A stretch of DNA of 64,000 nucleotides from an uncultured Alphaproteobacteria bacterium (GTDB lineage: Bacteria > Pseudomonadota > Alphaproteobacteria > Rhizobiales > Xanthobacteraceae): the NCBI GenBank assembly GCA_963845435.1, contig CAWJSD010000012.1, positions 326,141 through 390,140 of the forward strand. Reading direction: 5' to 3'. Below, piece by piece: positions 1-9,823 of the stretch. The translations under genes were made by a program, and so were the position numbers. A model generated the notes under the pieces. The model ran no database searches, was not told the DNA's origin, and saw only the letters and a program-made list of their open reading frames with translations. Each line of letters begins with the position of its first letter. The stretch's first letter is position 1.

Positions 1-249
1 TGTTTACCACGCGAAATCCTTGTCAAAGCCGCCGCGGCCCGTGAAGCGCCGGCTGCGGGGACGCCGCTTATGGACCATGCATCGCCAATTCATCAACCCG
101 TCACATCAAACAAATTGATCTGTGGATGGGCCTGATCTTGCGCCGTCAGCGCTGCGGTTTCGCACAAATCCGCCCACTTGTTGCATAGCAAGATAAAGGT
201 GGATCGAACGCGGTTTAATGTGTAGACGAACGCTCCTCCTGGAGCGGTT

Positions 250-1506
250 ATGTCTATCTGCGGACTTGATTTCGGAACCTCGAACACGACGCTCGGCACC
301 ATCGATGACAACACGCCGGTGCTGGCGGCGCTGGAACTAGACCACACCACAATTCCGAGCGCCATCTTTTATGACGCCGATGGCGGGGTGCGGATCGGCC
401 GCAGGGCGATCGAGGCCTATGTCGACGGCGTCAATGGCCGCCTGATGCGCAGCCTCAAATCGGTGCTCGGCACGTCGCTCATCGAGGAGACGACGCGGCT
501 CGGGCGCCAGCGCGTCCGCTTTCGCGACGTGATCGCCTCCTATCTCGGCGCCGTGAAACGCCGCGCCGAACAGACCACCGGCCGCGAATTGCGCGACGTC
601 GTGCATGGCCGCCCGGTGCACTTCGTCGACAACGCGCCGGACGCCGACCGCAAGGCCGAGCAGACCCTGCGCGAGATCGCGCAGGAAGTCGGCTTTGCCG
701 ACGTCACCTTCCAGTTCGAGCCGATCGCCGCCGCGCTCGACTACGAGCGCCAGTTGGCGGCGGAAGAAGTCGCCTTGATCGCCGATATCGGCGGCGGCAC
801 CTCGGACTTCTCGATCGTGCGGCTCGGACCGCAACGTCATGGCAAGGCCGATCGCGCCGCGGACATTCTCGCCAATGACGGCGTGCGGATCGGCGGCACC
901 GATTTCGATCAGCAGCTCAGCCTCGGCGTGGTGATGCCGCTGTTCGGTTTCGGCAGTCCGATGAAGCGCGCCGGGCTCGACGTGCCCTCGAGCTATTTTC
1001 ACGATCTGGCGACCTGGTCGAACATCAACCGGATGTACGAGCCGCGCGTCACCGCCGACATCCGCCAGGTGCGCCAGGAGGCCAGCGAGCCGGAACTGCT
1101 GGACCGGCTGCTGCGCGTGGTCGAGGAGCAGCGCGGCCACACGCTCGCGATGGAAGTCGAGGACGCCAAGATCGCGCTGTCCGACAAACGCCAGGCCGAG
1201 ATCCCGCTGGCATGGGTGCAACCCGGCCTGAGCGCCGAAATCGCCCGGCCCGATCTGGTCAGCCACACCAAGCAGCTCGCCGACCGGATCTCGGCCCGCA
1301 TCAAGATCTGCCTGACCCAGGCCGCCCTCTCCGCCAAAGACATCGACGCGGTGTTCCTGACCGGCGGTTCCGTCAAACTCGCCCATGTCCGCAAGGCCAT
1401 CATCGCCGCGCTGCCCTCGGCCCGCATCGTCGAAGGCGATATCTTCGGCGCGGTCGGCAAGGGACTGACCATCGAAGCGCTGCGGCGCTACGGACCGCGG
1501 AGGTAA
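250..1506 (+). CDS. Hsp70 family protein (YegD-like, ATPase domain only)
   Basis: 418 aa; GLDFGTSNT, FEPIAAA, DIGGGTSDF and LTGGS actin/Hsp70 ATPase motifs; GGAG RBS. Confidence 0.92.
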   Translation: MSICGLDFGTSNTTLGTIDDNTPVLAALELDHTTIPSAIFYDADGGVRIGRRAIEAYVDGVNGRLMRSLKSVLGTSLIEETTRLGRQRVRFRDVIASYLGAVKRRAEQTTGRELRDVVHGRPVHFVDNAPDADRKAEQTLREIAQEVGFADVTFQFEPIAAALDYERQLAAEEVALIADIGGGTSDFSIVRLGPQRHGKADRAADILANDGVRIGGTDFDQQLSLGVVMPLFGFGSPMKRAGLDVPSSYFHDLATWSNINRMYEPRVTADIRQVRQEASEPELLDRLLRVVEEQRGHTLAMEVEDAKIALSDKRQAEIPLAWVQPGLSAEIARPDLVSHTKQLADRISARIKICLTQAALSAKDIDAVFLTGGSVKLAHVRKAIIAALPSARIVEGDIFGAVGKGLTIEALRRYGPRR

Positions 1507-1634
1507 CCGGCGGACGTCGGCCAGTTCGCGGTTTTCGCAGGCTTTTTCGTTCTCAGGCATTCCCGGCTCCGACCGTCACTGAATTGTCATGCAACGCGGC
1601 GAGACATCGCGGCGGGCCAATCACCGGTGCATCC

Positions 1635-3991
1635 ATGGATTATTTCAGACGCTTCACGTTCCTGTTTTCGATGCCGAGCTTCGAGGCCGACGATCTCGAA
1701 GGCATCCGCTTCAACCAGATCGTCACCGAAATCGAACGCTCCGGTTTCGAAGTCGTAAAAGCCCGCAAGATCGAGGATGCCGAGATCGCGGTGCAGACCG
1801 ACGCCGCGATCGGCTGCATGGTGGTCGACTGGGGCAAGAAAGGCCTCGAGGGCAAGACCGCCGCGTTGATCAATCTGATGCGCCGCCGCGGCCTCGACTT
1901 CCCGATCATGCTTCTGATCCGCCGCAAGCGGTTCGAGGATTTGCCGGTCGAAGTGCTGGATTTCATCGACGGCTATGTGTTCCTGTCGGAGGAAACGCCC
2001 TCGTTCATCGCCAAGAATTTGATCAGCCGCCTCAAGCAATATGCCGAGACCCTGAAGACGCCGTTCTTCGGCGCGCTGGTCGACTACGCGGAGGAAGGCA
2101 ACCAGCTCTGGACCTGCCCCGGTCACAATGGCGGCGTGTTCTATAGCCGCAGCCCGATCGGCCGGGTGTTCATGGAGCATCTCGGCGAAGCGGTGTTCCG
2201 CGACGACCTCGACAATTCGGTGCTCGATCTCGGCGACCTCCTGACCCATGAAGGTCCGGCGCTGCAGGCGCAGAAGGAAGCCGCGCGTATTTTCGGCGCC
2301 GAGAAAACCTATTTCGTGCTCAACGGCACCTCGACCTCGAACAAGGTGGCGCTGTCGGCGCTGGTCACCGAAGGTGACCTGGTGCTGTTCGATCGCAACA
2401 ATCACAAGGCCGCGCTGCATGGCGCGCTGATGATCAATGGCGGCGTTCCCATATACGTGCCGACCGCGCGCAACGCCTGGGGTCTGATCGGCCCGATGCG
2501 CTGGGAAACGCTCGACGAGGAATTGCTGCGCCAGCGCATTCGCGACAATCCGCTGGTGACCGATCCGGAAGCCTGGCAGCGGCCGCGCCCGTTTCGCGTG
2601 GCCGTGATCGAGCAATGCACCTATGACGGCACCATCCACAACGCCGAGATGATCCTCAAGAAGATCGGTCATCTCTGCGACTACATCCTGTTCGACGAAG
2701 CCTGGGCCGGCTTCATGAAATTCCATCCGCTCTATGCCGGCCGGTTCGCGATGGGGCTTGGCAATCTCGACGAAGATGCGCCCGGCATCATCGCCACCCA
2801 ATCGACCCACAAGCAGCTCGCGAGCTTCTCGCAGGCCTCGCAGATCCACATGAAGGACCGCCACATCCGCGGCCAGAAGCGCCGGGTCGAGCACCGGCGC
2901 TTCAACGAAAGCTTCATGCAGCACGCCTCGACCTCGCCGTTCTATCCGCTGTTCGCCTCGCTCGACGTCGGCGCGCAGATGATGAAGGGCCGCTCCGGCG
3001 AAGTGTTGTGGGACGACACCATCCGGCTCGGCATCGAGCTGCGCAAGAAGATCCGCGCGGTGCGCCGCGAGTTCGAGGAAAAGGAACCGCGGCCCGAGCG
3101 GCGCTGGTTCTTCGAGCCGTTCGTGCCCGACCGGGTCGCGATTCCCGACGCCGCGCGCGACGGCGGCGTGCACAACGTCGCCTGGGAAAGCGTCACTACC
3201 GACCAGCTCGCGATCAACCCGGCGTTCTGGCAGCTTGCGCCCGATGCGGCCTGGCACGGCTTTTCCGGCATGGCCGACGGCTTCGCGATGACCGATCCGA
3301 ACAAGCTCACCTTGCTGACGCCGGGCTTCGACCGCGCCACCGGCGGCTATGCCGAGCACGGCATCCCGGCGCCGGTGGTGGCGCAATATCTGCGCGAGAA
3401 CCGATCGTCGCCGAAAAGAACGACCTCAACTCGCTGCTGTTCCTGCTGACGCCGGGCGTCGAGGCCAGCAAGGCCGGCACCCTGGTCAGCGGGCTGGTCG
3501 CGTTCAAGAAACTGCACGACGACAACGCGCTGCTGGAAGACGCGATTCCCGAGTTCTACCGGCGCCGGCCGCTGCGCTATGCCGGCGTGCGGCTGCGCGA
3601 TCTTTGCGCCGACATGCATCAATTCTTCCGCGACGCCGATGTCAGCGCGCTGCAGGCCAAGCAGTTCTCGGCCGAGCATCTGCCCGAGATCGCGATGTCG
3701 CCGCACGCCGCGGCGCGCGCGCTGGTGCGCAACGACGTCGACTATCTGCCGATCGACGAGATCGCCGGCCGCATCGCGACCACGCCGTTCGTGGTCTATC
3801 CGCCGGGCATCGCCACCATCGTGCCGGGCGAACGGCTGACCGAGCGGGCCAAGCCGATGATCGACTATCTCCTGATGTTCGAGGGCGCCTTCAACGCCTT
3901 CCCCGGCTTCGACGTCGAAATCCAGGGCGTCTATCGCGGGCTGGATACCGAGGGCCGGATCCGGCTTTACACTTACGTGGTCGCGGAATAA
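1635..3991 (+). CDS. Orn/Lys/Arg decarboxylase (PLP fold I, wing domain); 1-nt frameshift near 3402
   Basis: CPGHNGG, NGTSTSNK, DRNNHK, FDEAW, QSTHK (PLP Lys), STSPFYP; C-terminal YPPGI domain continues in ORF 3008..3991; ATG at 1635. Confidence 0.9.
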
Positions 3992-4019
3992 GCGGCACGC
4001 AGGGAGCCGAACATCGTCC

Positions 4020-4581
4020 ATGGACAACCAACAGCCGATTCTCGTGCGGCCGTCGCGCGACAGCGACGTCGACGCCATGATGGCGATCTATCGCCGCCAT
4101 ATCCGCCAGGGCGTCGAGGAAGGCGTCACCGACAACGAGACGCCGGAGCCGGATGATCTCGCGCGACCGCCGCAAGAATTTGCGCAACCGCCGCTTCCCG
4201 CATCTGGTGGCGACCCAGGGCGGCGAAGTGGTCGGCTATGCTTATGTCGTGCTGTTCCGCAAGCGGCCGGCCTATCGCTACACGGTGAAGCACTCGATCT
4301 ACATTCACCACGATCATGTCGGCCAGGGCATCGGCCGGGTGTTGCTGCAGGAACTGATCGACATCTGCGCGGCGGCGGGATTTCGCCAGATCATCGGCTA
4401 TATCGACGCCGACAACGCGTCTTCGCTGGCGCTGCACGATAAATTCGGTTTTGCCCGCGTCGGCGTGCTGCCCGGCGTGGCCTGGCGTCACGGCCGCTGG
4501 GCCGACACCGTGATGGTGCAACGCTCGCTGGGTGCTGGTGCGACCGCCCCTGCCCCGCCGCTGCCGCTGTCAGCGCGATAA
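4020..4581 (+). CDS. GNAT N-acetyltransferase (Pat/YncA-like); frameshift near 4161
   Basis: RPAYRYTVKHSIYIH, GQGIGR acetyl-CoA motif, NASSLALHDKFGF; N-terminus in 4020 frame, remainder in 4153 frame. Confidence 0.88.
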
Positions 4582-4582
4582 A

Positions 4583-4661
4583 GTAGGGCGGGTTAGCGAA
4601 GCGTAACCCGCCGACGCCATGCGCACAGAATGGCGGATTACGCTTCGCTAATCCGCCCTAC
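4583..4661. repeat. REP doublet (REPIN) with GTAG tetranucleotide ends
   Basis: GTAGGGCGGGTTAGCGAAGCGTAACCCGCC (4583-4612) and inverted near-copy GGCGGATTACGCTTCGCTAATCCGCCCTAC (4632-4661), each a hairpin, between convergent genes. Confidence 0.88.
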
Positions 4662-4669
4662 GGCAATGT

Positions 4670-5170
4670 TCACTTTTTCAAATTGAGCGAGAATTTCAAA
4701 TTCAACGGCTGCAGCATTTCCGGCGGCGGCGCCTCGCCGACATTGCCGCGCTTGAGGATGGTGCGCAGGTCGTCATCCGCATGCGGATCGTTCAGCGATG
4801 GAAACGACACCTTCTCGACCGAACCATCCGGATTGAGCCAGGCCTTCAGCACCAGCGCCGGCGGCACGCCGTCGTTCTTGCCGGAATGCTCGATGACATA
4901 GGCACGAAACCGGTTCGCCACCGCTTCGTCGGCGGCCATCCAGGTTTCAAACCGATATTTGACCAGCTTGGCGAATTGCGCCCAGGACGGCGGCGCCTGC
5001 GCCGGATCGCGATAGTCGAGCGCTCCCGCCGCAGGAGCGGCTCCGGGCGCAGGCTTCCCCAATATCTGGCTGCGGACCGGTGCGCCCGATGCCAGCAAAC
5101 CCGCCAATGCCAACGCGCGGGCGATCGCGGCGCGGCTTTGGAAACTCCGATTGTTCGTGACGATCCCCAT
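4670..5170 (-). CDS. Exported hypothetical protein, TonB C-terminal-like domain
   Basis: 166 aa; signal-like N-terminus; 'AWLNPDGSVEKV...GEAPPPEMLQP' resembles TonB_C/TolA folds. Confidence 0.6.
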   Translation of the reverse strand: MGIVTNNRSFQSRAAIARALALAGLLASGAPVRSQILGKPAPGAAPAAGALDYRDPAQAPPSWAQFAKLVKYRFETWMAADEAVANRFRAYVIEHSGKNDGVPPALVLKAWLNPDGSVEKVSFPSLNDPHADDDLRTILKRGNVGEAPPPEMLQPLNLKFSLNLKK

Positions 5171-5214
5171 GGCAAACTAACTCCGGCGGCGCTGACAATC
5201 CCTGATATAGCCGC

Positions 5215-5967
5215 TCAGTTTTGCAAACAGCTGACACGCGCCGAAATCGACGCGGCGCGGTTGGCGCGGGAGGCCGATCCCGCGATCTGCGGCCGGTCAT
5301 CCTCCTGAACGGTGACGTGGTTGGCCGCCAGAAACGCCTTCGCCGTCGCGGCGTCCGCCGCCAGCACATGATCGGCGCCGGTGCGGCGGCTGATGATGCC
5401 CTGCACCAGGCCACGACTGTCGAGCACCGGCGCACCGCTGGCGCCGAAGGTGACATCGGAATCGATCGCGATGGTGCCGGCCCCGGCACCGGACGAGACC
5501 GTGGCGTTGGCGAGCGTTCCGCCACGGGCGATCATGCCCGCCAGATTGCCGTAAGCCGCGGCGAACACCATCTCGTTGGTGCCGACCGTGGCGGTGCGCG
5601 GAAACACCGCCGAAAGCCCCAGCGTTTTCGGCACCACGATCAAAGCCAGATCGGACTGCGTCGACACCGCGAGCACGCGCGCCGCCACCACCCGGCCTTC
5701 CTTGGCGATCACGACCCGCGCGCAATCGTCCGCCGCGTGACCCGCGGTCAGCATGTGACCGATATCGTCGACAAAGAACGCGGTGCCGGTCTTTTCGCGG
5801 GTGTACTCGATAGCGCCGGAGGTGCGCGTCAGCCCCTCGGGCTGCTGCCGGATCACCGGCTTGGAGAATATCGATTGCGCGTGCACCGGCGCGGTCGCGC
5901 CGAACCTAATCCCGATCGCCACCACCAGTGCGCACTGGACCGCGTGACGTCTTCTTATGATCTTCAT
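5215..5967 (-). CDS. Trypsin-like (S1) serine protease, exported
   Basis: GTAFFV, LTAGH (His), DLALI (Asp), FGASGAPV (Ser); signal peptide. Confidence 0.85.
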   Translation of the reverse strand: MKIIRRRHAVQCALVVAIGIRFGATAPVHAQSIFSKPVIRQQPEGLTRTSGAIEYTREKTGTAFFVDDIGHMLTAGHAADDCARVVIAKEGRVVAARVLAVSTQSDLALIVVPKTLGLSAVFPRTATVGTNEMVFAAAYGNLAGMIARGGTLANATVSSGAGAGTIAIDSDVTFGASGAPVLDSRGLVQGIISRRTGADHVLAADAATAKAFLAANHVTVQEDDRPQIAGSASRANRAASISARVSCLQN

Positions 5968-6200
5968 CGATGACTGCCGATTACCGCCATTCCGGCGACG
6001 TGGTTAAAGCCGCCGTATTGAAGGCATTGTTAATGGTGCTGATGTGTTGAGCCAGCGGTGTTGCGCCTGTCCTGCCGCGAACGTGTGACAACTCCATGAC
6101 AACCTTGACGAGTAATAACGCGCGCCAATAGCTGTGACGACCTAAAGTATTCACTCCGTGATCAGCCGATCGGCATGAACAGTCGTTCACAAAACTTCGC

Positions 6201-6225
6201 GGAACGTTTGTGACTTCGATACGTT
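6201..6225 (+). promoter_or_regulatory. sigma-EcfG (general stress response) promoter
   Basis: GGAAC-N16-CGTT exact consensus, upstream of ATG 6312. Confidence 0.7.
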
Positions 6226-6311
6226 CCGCCATGGTGAAAGTTCAATCACCGTGGGTCCGCCTTCAAAGGACCCAGCCGGTTTCGAGTAGTGTAAAAGAAC
6301 GGGAGTTATCT

Positions 6312-6794
6312 ATGCGACATTGGATATACGCGGCGTCGGCATCATTGGTGCTGCTGGGAGCGGCCGGACAGGCCAACGCGGTGCCTATCAATCCCATCGG
6401 GCCGGCGGCGATCCCGAGCGATATCGAACAGGCTCAATTCATCTTCGGTGGACGAAATTATTGCTGGTACGATAACGGCTGGCGCGGGCCCGGCTTCTAT
6501 TGGTGCGGTTACGCGTTTCGTCGGGGCCTCGGCTGGGGCGGCGGCGCGGGTTGGCATGGCTGGCACCGCGGCGGAGGATTCCACGGCGGAGGCCGGCCCG
6601 GCGGTGGACACGGCGGGATGCGGCCCGGCGGCGGCCGACCGGGTGGCGGATTCCACGGCGGTGGTCGTCCGGGCGGCGGCGGACATGGCGGTGGCGGTCG
6701 TCCGGGTGGCGGTGGACACGGTGGTGGCGGCCATGGCGGCGGCGGGCACGGCGGTGGCGGACACGGCGGTGGCGGCGGACACGGCCGGCACTAG
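6312..6794 (+). CDS. Gly/His-rich exported protein
   Basis: GGAG RBS, signal peptide, YCWYxxGWxGPGxYWCG domain, then GGGHG/GGGRPG repeats. Confidence 0.8.
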   Translation: MRHWIYAASASLVLLGAAGQANAVPINPIGPAAIPSDIEQAQFIFGGRNYCWYDNGWRGPGFYWCGYAFRRGLGWGGGAGWHGWHRGGGFHGGGRPGGGHGGMRPGGGRPGGGFHGGGRPGGGGHGGGGRPGGGGHGGGGHGGGGHGGGGHGGGGGHGRH

Positions 6795-6884
6795 GAAAGC
6801 CCAACTCCGGTGCGGCGACTTCGCGCGCACCGGAGCGTGTTTCTGAAAGCCGCGCGGACGGAGTTGCGCGCCGGCCATTTCGAT

Positions 6885-6914
6885 AAAGCCCCGGATCATC
6901 ATCCGGGGCTTTTT
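6885..6914 (+). terminator. Rho-independent terminator
   Basis: AAAGCCCCGGAT-catc-ATCCGGGGCTTTTT. Confidence 0.85.
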
Positions 6915-6967
6915 GCATCGTCAGGCGCGCAGCGCGCGGATGATGGGTTTCTCGACCGGCGGCCGCA

Positions 6968-7132
6968 TTACACCGCGCGTAGCCGTGCTTGCGCGAGATC
7001 AGGTGCGTGCGCGCAAGAGCTTGAGAGGTCCCGCATCAGGACGACGAGTTCGCGCACCTGATCGAGCGAAAATCCGAAGTCGCGACCTCGTCCGATAAAC
7101 GCCAAGTGATGAACGTCGGCCTCTCCATAGCG
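6968..7132 (-). pseudogene. MerR/CueR-family regulator remnant
   Basis: Manual translation RYGEADVHHLAFIGRGRDFGFSLDQVRELVVLMRDLSSSC...; bounded by stops, no start, N-terminal HTH missing. Confidence 0.7.
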
Positions 7133-7400
7133 GAGCTAAAGTCGCTGCAAGTCGACATCGCCGGCTTTGTTAAGAACCGCGATGCGGGATCACAGCCTAA
7201 CCGCGGCGTTTCGGGGCGATCGCTGTCGCCTTGCCTACCCGTACGCAGCCCGGCGGACAGGTAAATACCACGCCATATCTACCGAAAATCGATAGACAGC
7301 GCCGGTTGCCTAAATTATCATCCGATCATCACCGTACCGTCTTGGCAGCTACCGGTGACTGGAAGCCAAGTGCTCCCGCCAGAACAAGACGGGGAATCGC

Positions 7401-7574
7401 ATGGGGCAATCACAACCCTTTACTACGACGCCGTCACTTTGGGGCGCGGAGACCGAGCGTCCTCGCTGCCCGATCTGCGAGATGCGCATGATCACGGTGC
7501 AGAACGAACTGCGTGCTAGATATGAGTGTCTGCGGTGTGGCCACTCCGCACCGATAGCTGTTCCGGTCGGCTGA
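7401..7574 (+). CDS. 57-aa zinc-ribbon protein (not in ORF track)
   Basis: MGQSQPFTTTPSLWGAETERPRCPICEMRMITVQNELRARYECLRCGHSAPIAVPVG; GGGGAA RBS. Confidence 0.65.
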   Translation: MGQSQPFTTTPSLWGAETERPRCPICEMRMITVQNELRARYECLRCGHSAPIAVPVG

Positions 7575-7755
7575 CCTCCCGACCTTTCCTTTTGACCGGT
7601 GTCGCAGTGGGCTTGACCGGCGCGGCGCCAGGCTCCGCGATGTGCCCGCAGCGCAGGCATTCAAAGGTTCTGTGCTCGGGTTGGGCTGGAAAATCCTTGA
7701 TGATGATCATGTGCATGCCGCACTTGGGGCATTCGGGTCTAATAGATGCGTTCAT
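7516..7755 (-). CDS. 79-aa zinc-ribbon protein
   Basis: MNASIRPECPKCGMHM...RTFECLRCGH; GAGGAG RBS before ATG 7755. Confidence 0.7.
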   Translation of the reverse strand: MNASIRPECPKCGMHMIIIKDFPAQPEHRTFECLRCGHIAEPGAAPVKPTATPVKRKGREVSRPEQLSVRSGHTADTHI

Positions 7756-8020
7756 GGTTCTCCTCGCGGCAGGCTGACGACTTAACATGGCCCGCGTGAA
7801 GCCATCGTGATCGGAGCGCAAATTCCGGCATATCGCGCGAGATATCTCGTCTGCTGCAACTTGACGGCGTAAGCGGCGCCGCAAGGCATCGGGGCAACGT
7901 TGCAGGTCGCTTCGGTATCTTGCGAGTTCGACGGACCGGCAGCCGCCCCGCGAATTCGAAAAGCCAAGTCGTGCGGCGAATTGCTTGAGACAAGGCTCAC
8001 AATTTCGGTAATCTGTGCGG

Positions 8021-8038
8021 GCAGCGGATATCCGCTGC
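8021..8038. promoter_or_regulatory. Perfect 18-bp palindrome upstream of Cys-rich peptide gene
   Basis: GCAGCGGATATCCGCTGC. Confidence 0.4.
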
Positions 8039-8072
8039 ATATTTCTCTTAGTTATTATTTTCAGGAGCGATC

Positions 8073-8285
8073 ATGTCTCACCAGCTGTCGTTTTCCGTCC
8101 TTGCTGCGATGATCTTTTGCGTGCTCACCCTGGCATTCGCGTCGCCTGCGCGTGCCGTCAATTGCGACGTCAATGCCTGTATCAATGCTTGTTCAAAGAA
8201 GTGCGCCACCGCGGGCTGCATGTGTGCGCCAAACTGCATGCAGACCATCGAAGAACGTAAAAAAGCCGGGCAGTGTAAAAAGTAG
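8073..8285 (+). CDS. Secreted cysteine-rich peptide (70 aa, 8 Cys in mature part)
   Basis: AGGAG RBS; signal peptide ending ARA; downstream hairpin ~8287-8335. Confidence 0.75.
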   Translation: MSHQLSFSVLAAMIFCVLTLAFASPARAVNCDVNACINACSKKCATAGCMCAPNCMQTIEERKKAGQCKK

Positions 8286-8413
8286 CGCCGGAGAGGCCGG
8301 GAGATCGCGGATCGGTCGATCTGCGGCTCTCCGGCCGCCTACTTGCATGCCCGGGAATGTGTGGCTACGTTTCGCACGCAGGCCCCGGCGGCATTCCAAT
8401 CGGCCGAACGATC

Positions 8414-9208
8414 ATGCCCAAATTCCTTCGGATCGGTGTTCACCAGTCGAACGTGTCCGGCTACACGTCGAAGGCGTGGTGCATTCGGCGGGTTCGCTCG
8501 ACGGTTTTCCTGAAATGGGGAGCGGTGGAGGTTCACGGCGCCGGCGACAAGCGAAAGGTTTACTGGACGCTTCCGCCGAGAGACAAAACGATCCTCTGTC
8601 GCTCCGTGGATCTGGCCGAGAACTATGTGAAGGCCGCCATCGCGCGACGGCGCAACCATCGTTATGAACCGCTGACAATCAACATTACAAAGCAGCCTCG
8701 AGCCGCCGCTCAAGGCGCGGAGCTGAAGCAGGCGCTCGCCACCATTCTGTTTGTCGATATCGTCCGCTCCACCGAAAAAGCCGCGCGTCTCGGCGACACC
8801 CGATGGACACGGGTGATGAACCACTACTACGCCGCCGTGCGCAAAGAGCTCAAGGCTTTGCGCGGCAAGGAAGTCGTCACCACCGGCGACGGACTGCTGG
8901 CGACCTTTCGCGCGCCTGCTGCGGGGGTTCGTTGCGCGACCGCGATCCGCGAGGCCGTGCGCACGCTGGGGCTGGAGATCAGAATCGGACTGCACGCGGG
9001 CGAATACACCGTGAGCGGGGCGGAAGTGGTCGGTCTTGCGATTCACATCGGCGCACGCGTCGCGGCCAAGGCGCGAGCCGGCGAAGTCCTGGTGTCCAGC
9101 GCGGTCAAGGACCTGATGTCGCCATCCGAGGTCCAGTTCAGGGATCGCGGCATCCACCACCTCAAAGGGGTGCCGCAGCGATGGCGCCTGTACCGGGTCG
9201 AGCGCTGA
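8414..9208 (+). CDS. Class III adenylate/guanylate cyclase with WGR-like N-terminal domain
   Basis: ILFVDIVRST, TTGDG, IRIGLHAGE, HIGAR, LKGV motifs; N-terminal 'VFLKWGAV...AIARRRNHRYE'. Confidence 0.85.
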   Translation: MPKFLRIGVHQSNVSGYTSKAWCIRRVRSTVFLKWGAVEVHGAGDKRKVYWTLPPRDKTILCRSVDLAENYVKAAIARRRNHRYEPLTINITKQPRAAAQGAELKQALATILFVDIVRSTEKAARLGDTRWTRVMNHYYAAVRKELKALRGKEVVTTGDGLLATFRAPAAGVRCATAIREAVRTLGLEIRIGLHAGEYTVSGAEVVGLAIHIGARVAAKARAGEVLVSSAVKDLMSPSEVQFRDRGIHHLKGVPQRWRLYRVER

Positions 9209-9464
9209 GCTGTGTCGCGATCGGACACCGGCTTGGCCTGTGGGTCGGACCGGGCGAGACGATACCATCTGTCGCAGTCCACCGAGGTACCGGCCCTATA
9301 TGGGCTAAGCTTAGGCCACGCGCCGCTTGCGTTTTCGGGCTCGATAGGTTTTAAGCTCGGTGATTCATGACCGTTGGCATGAATGAGAAGCGCGCCGCGT
9401 GGTCCTTCCGCGTCTTAGGCAGAGTTACTTCGTAGCTCGTGCGCACCAATTCAAAGGAACAAAA

Positions 9465-9761
9465 ATGCCCAAGATGACCAAGAACCAATTGATCGACGCG
9501 ATCGCTGACGGAACCCAGCTTGCCAAGGGAGACGTCAAGTCCGTCATCGAGTACATGACGACGGTCGGCTACAAGGAATTGAACGAATCCGGAGAGTTTG
9601 TGATTCCCGGTTTTGTAAAGATGTCGGTCGTCAACAAGCCGGCCACCGAAGCCCGGATGGGCGTCAATCCCTTTACCAAAGAACCGATGCAATTCGCGGC
9701 CAAGCCCGCCAGCAAATCGGTCAAGGCGTCCCCCCTTAAGGTTGCCAAAGACGCGGTTTGA
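9465..9761 (+). CDS. HU-family DNA-binding protein
   Basis: MTKNQLIDAIA, IPGFVK, ARMGVNPFTKE, KVAKDAV. Confidence 0.9.
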   Translation: MPKMTKNQLIDAIADGTQLAKGDVKSVIEYMTTVGYKELNESGEFVIPGFVKMSVVNKPATEARMGVNPFTKEPMQFAAKPASKSVKASPLKVAKDAV

Positions 9762-9823
9762 GATTCGTCGAAACGTATCGTGGACGCCAGGGATTACAGA
9801 TCAGTTCTAGATCCCTGGCGCTT

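Noticed and set aside
1212-1634. N-terminal extension of the 745-aa decarboxylase ORF
   Set aside because: Overlaps the Hsp70 gene; the plausible start is ATG 1635.
337-3386. Long antisense ORFs (407 and 599 aa) and similar ones throughout the window
   Set aside because: Shadow frames of high-GC genes, with no recognisable motifs.
6540-6790. GGCGGC/GGTGGC tandem repeats as a possible array
   Set aside because: They encode the Gly/His-rich tail; no constant repeat-spacer structure and no cas genes.
8414-9761. Complete Pycsar/CBASS-type defence system
   Set aside because: No cNMP-binding TIR/TM effector nearby; kept only as a domain-fusion finding.
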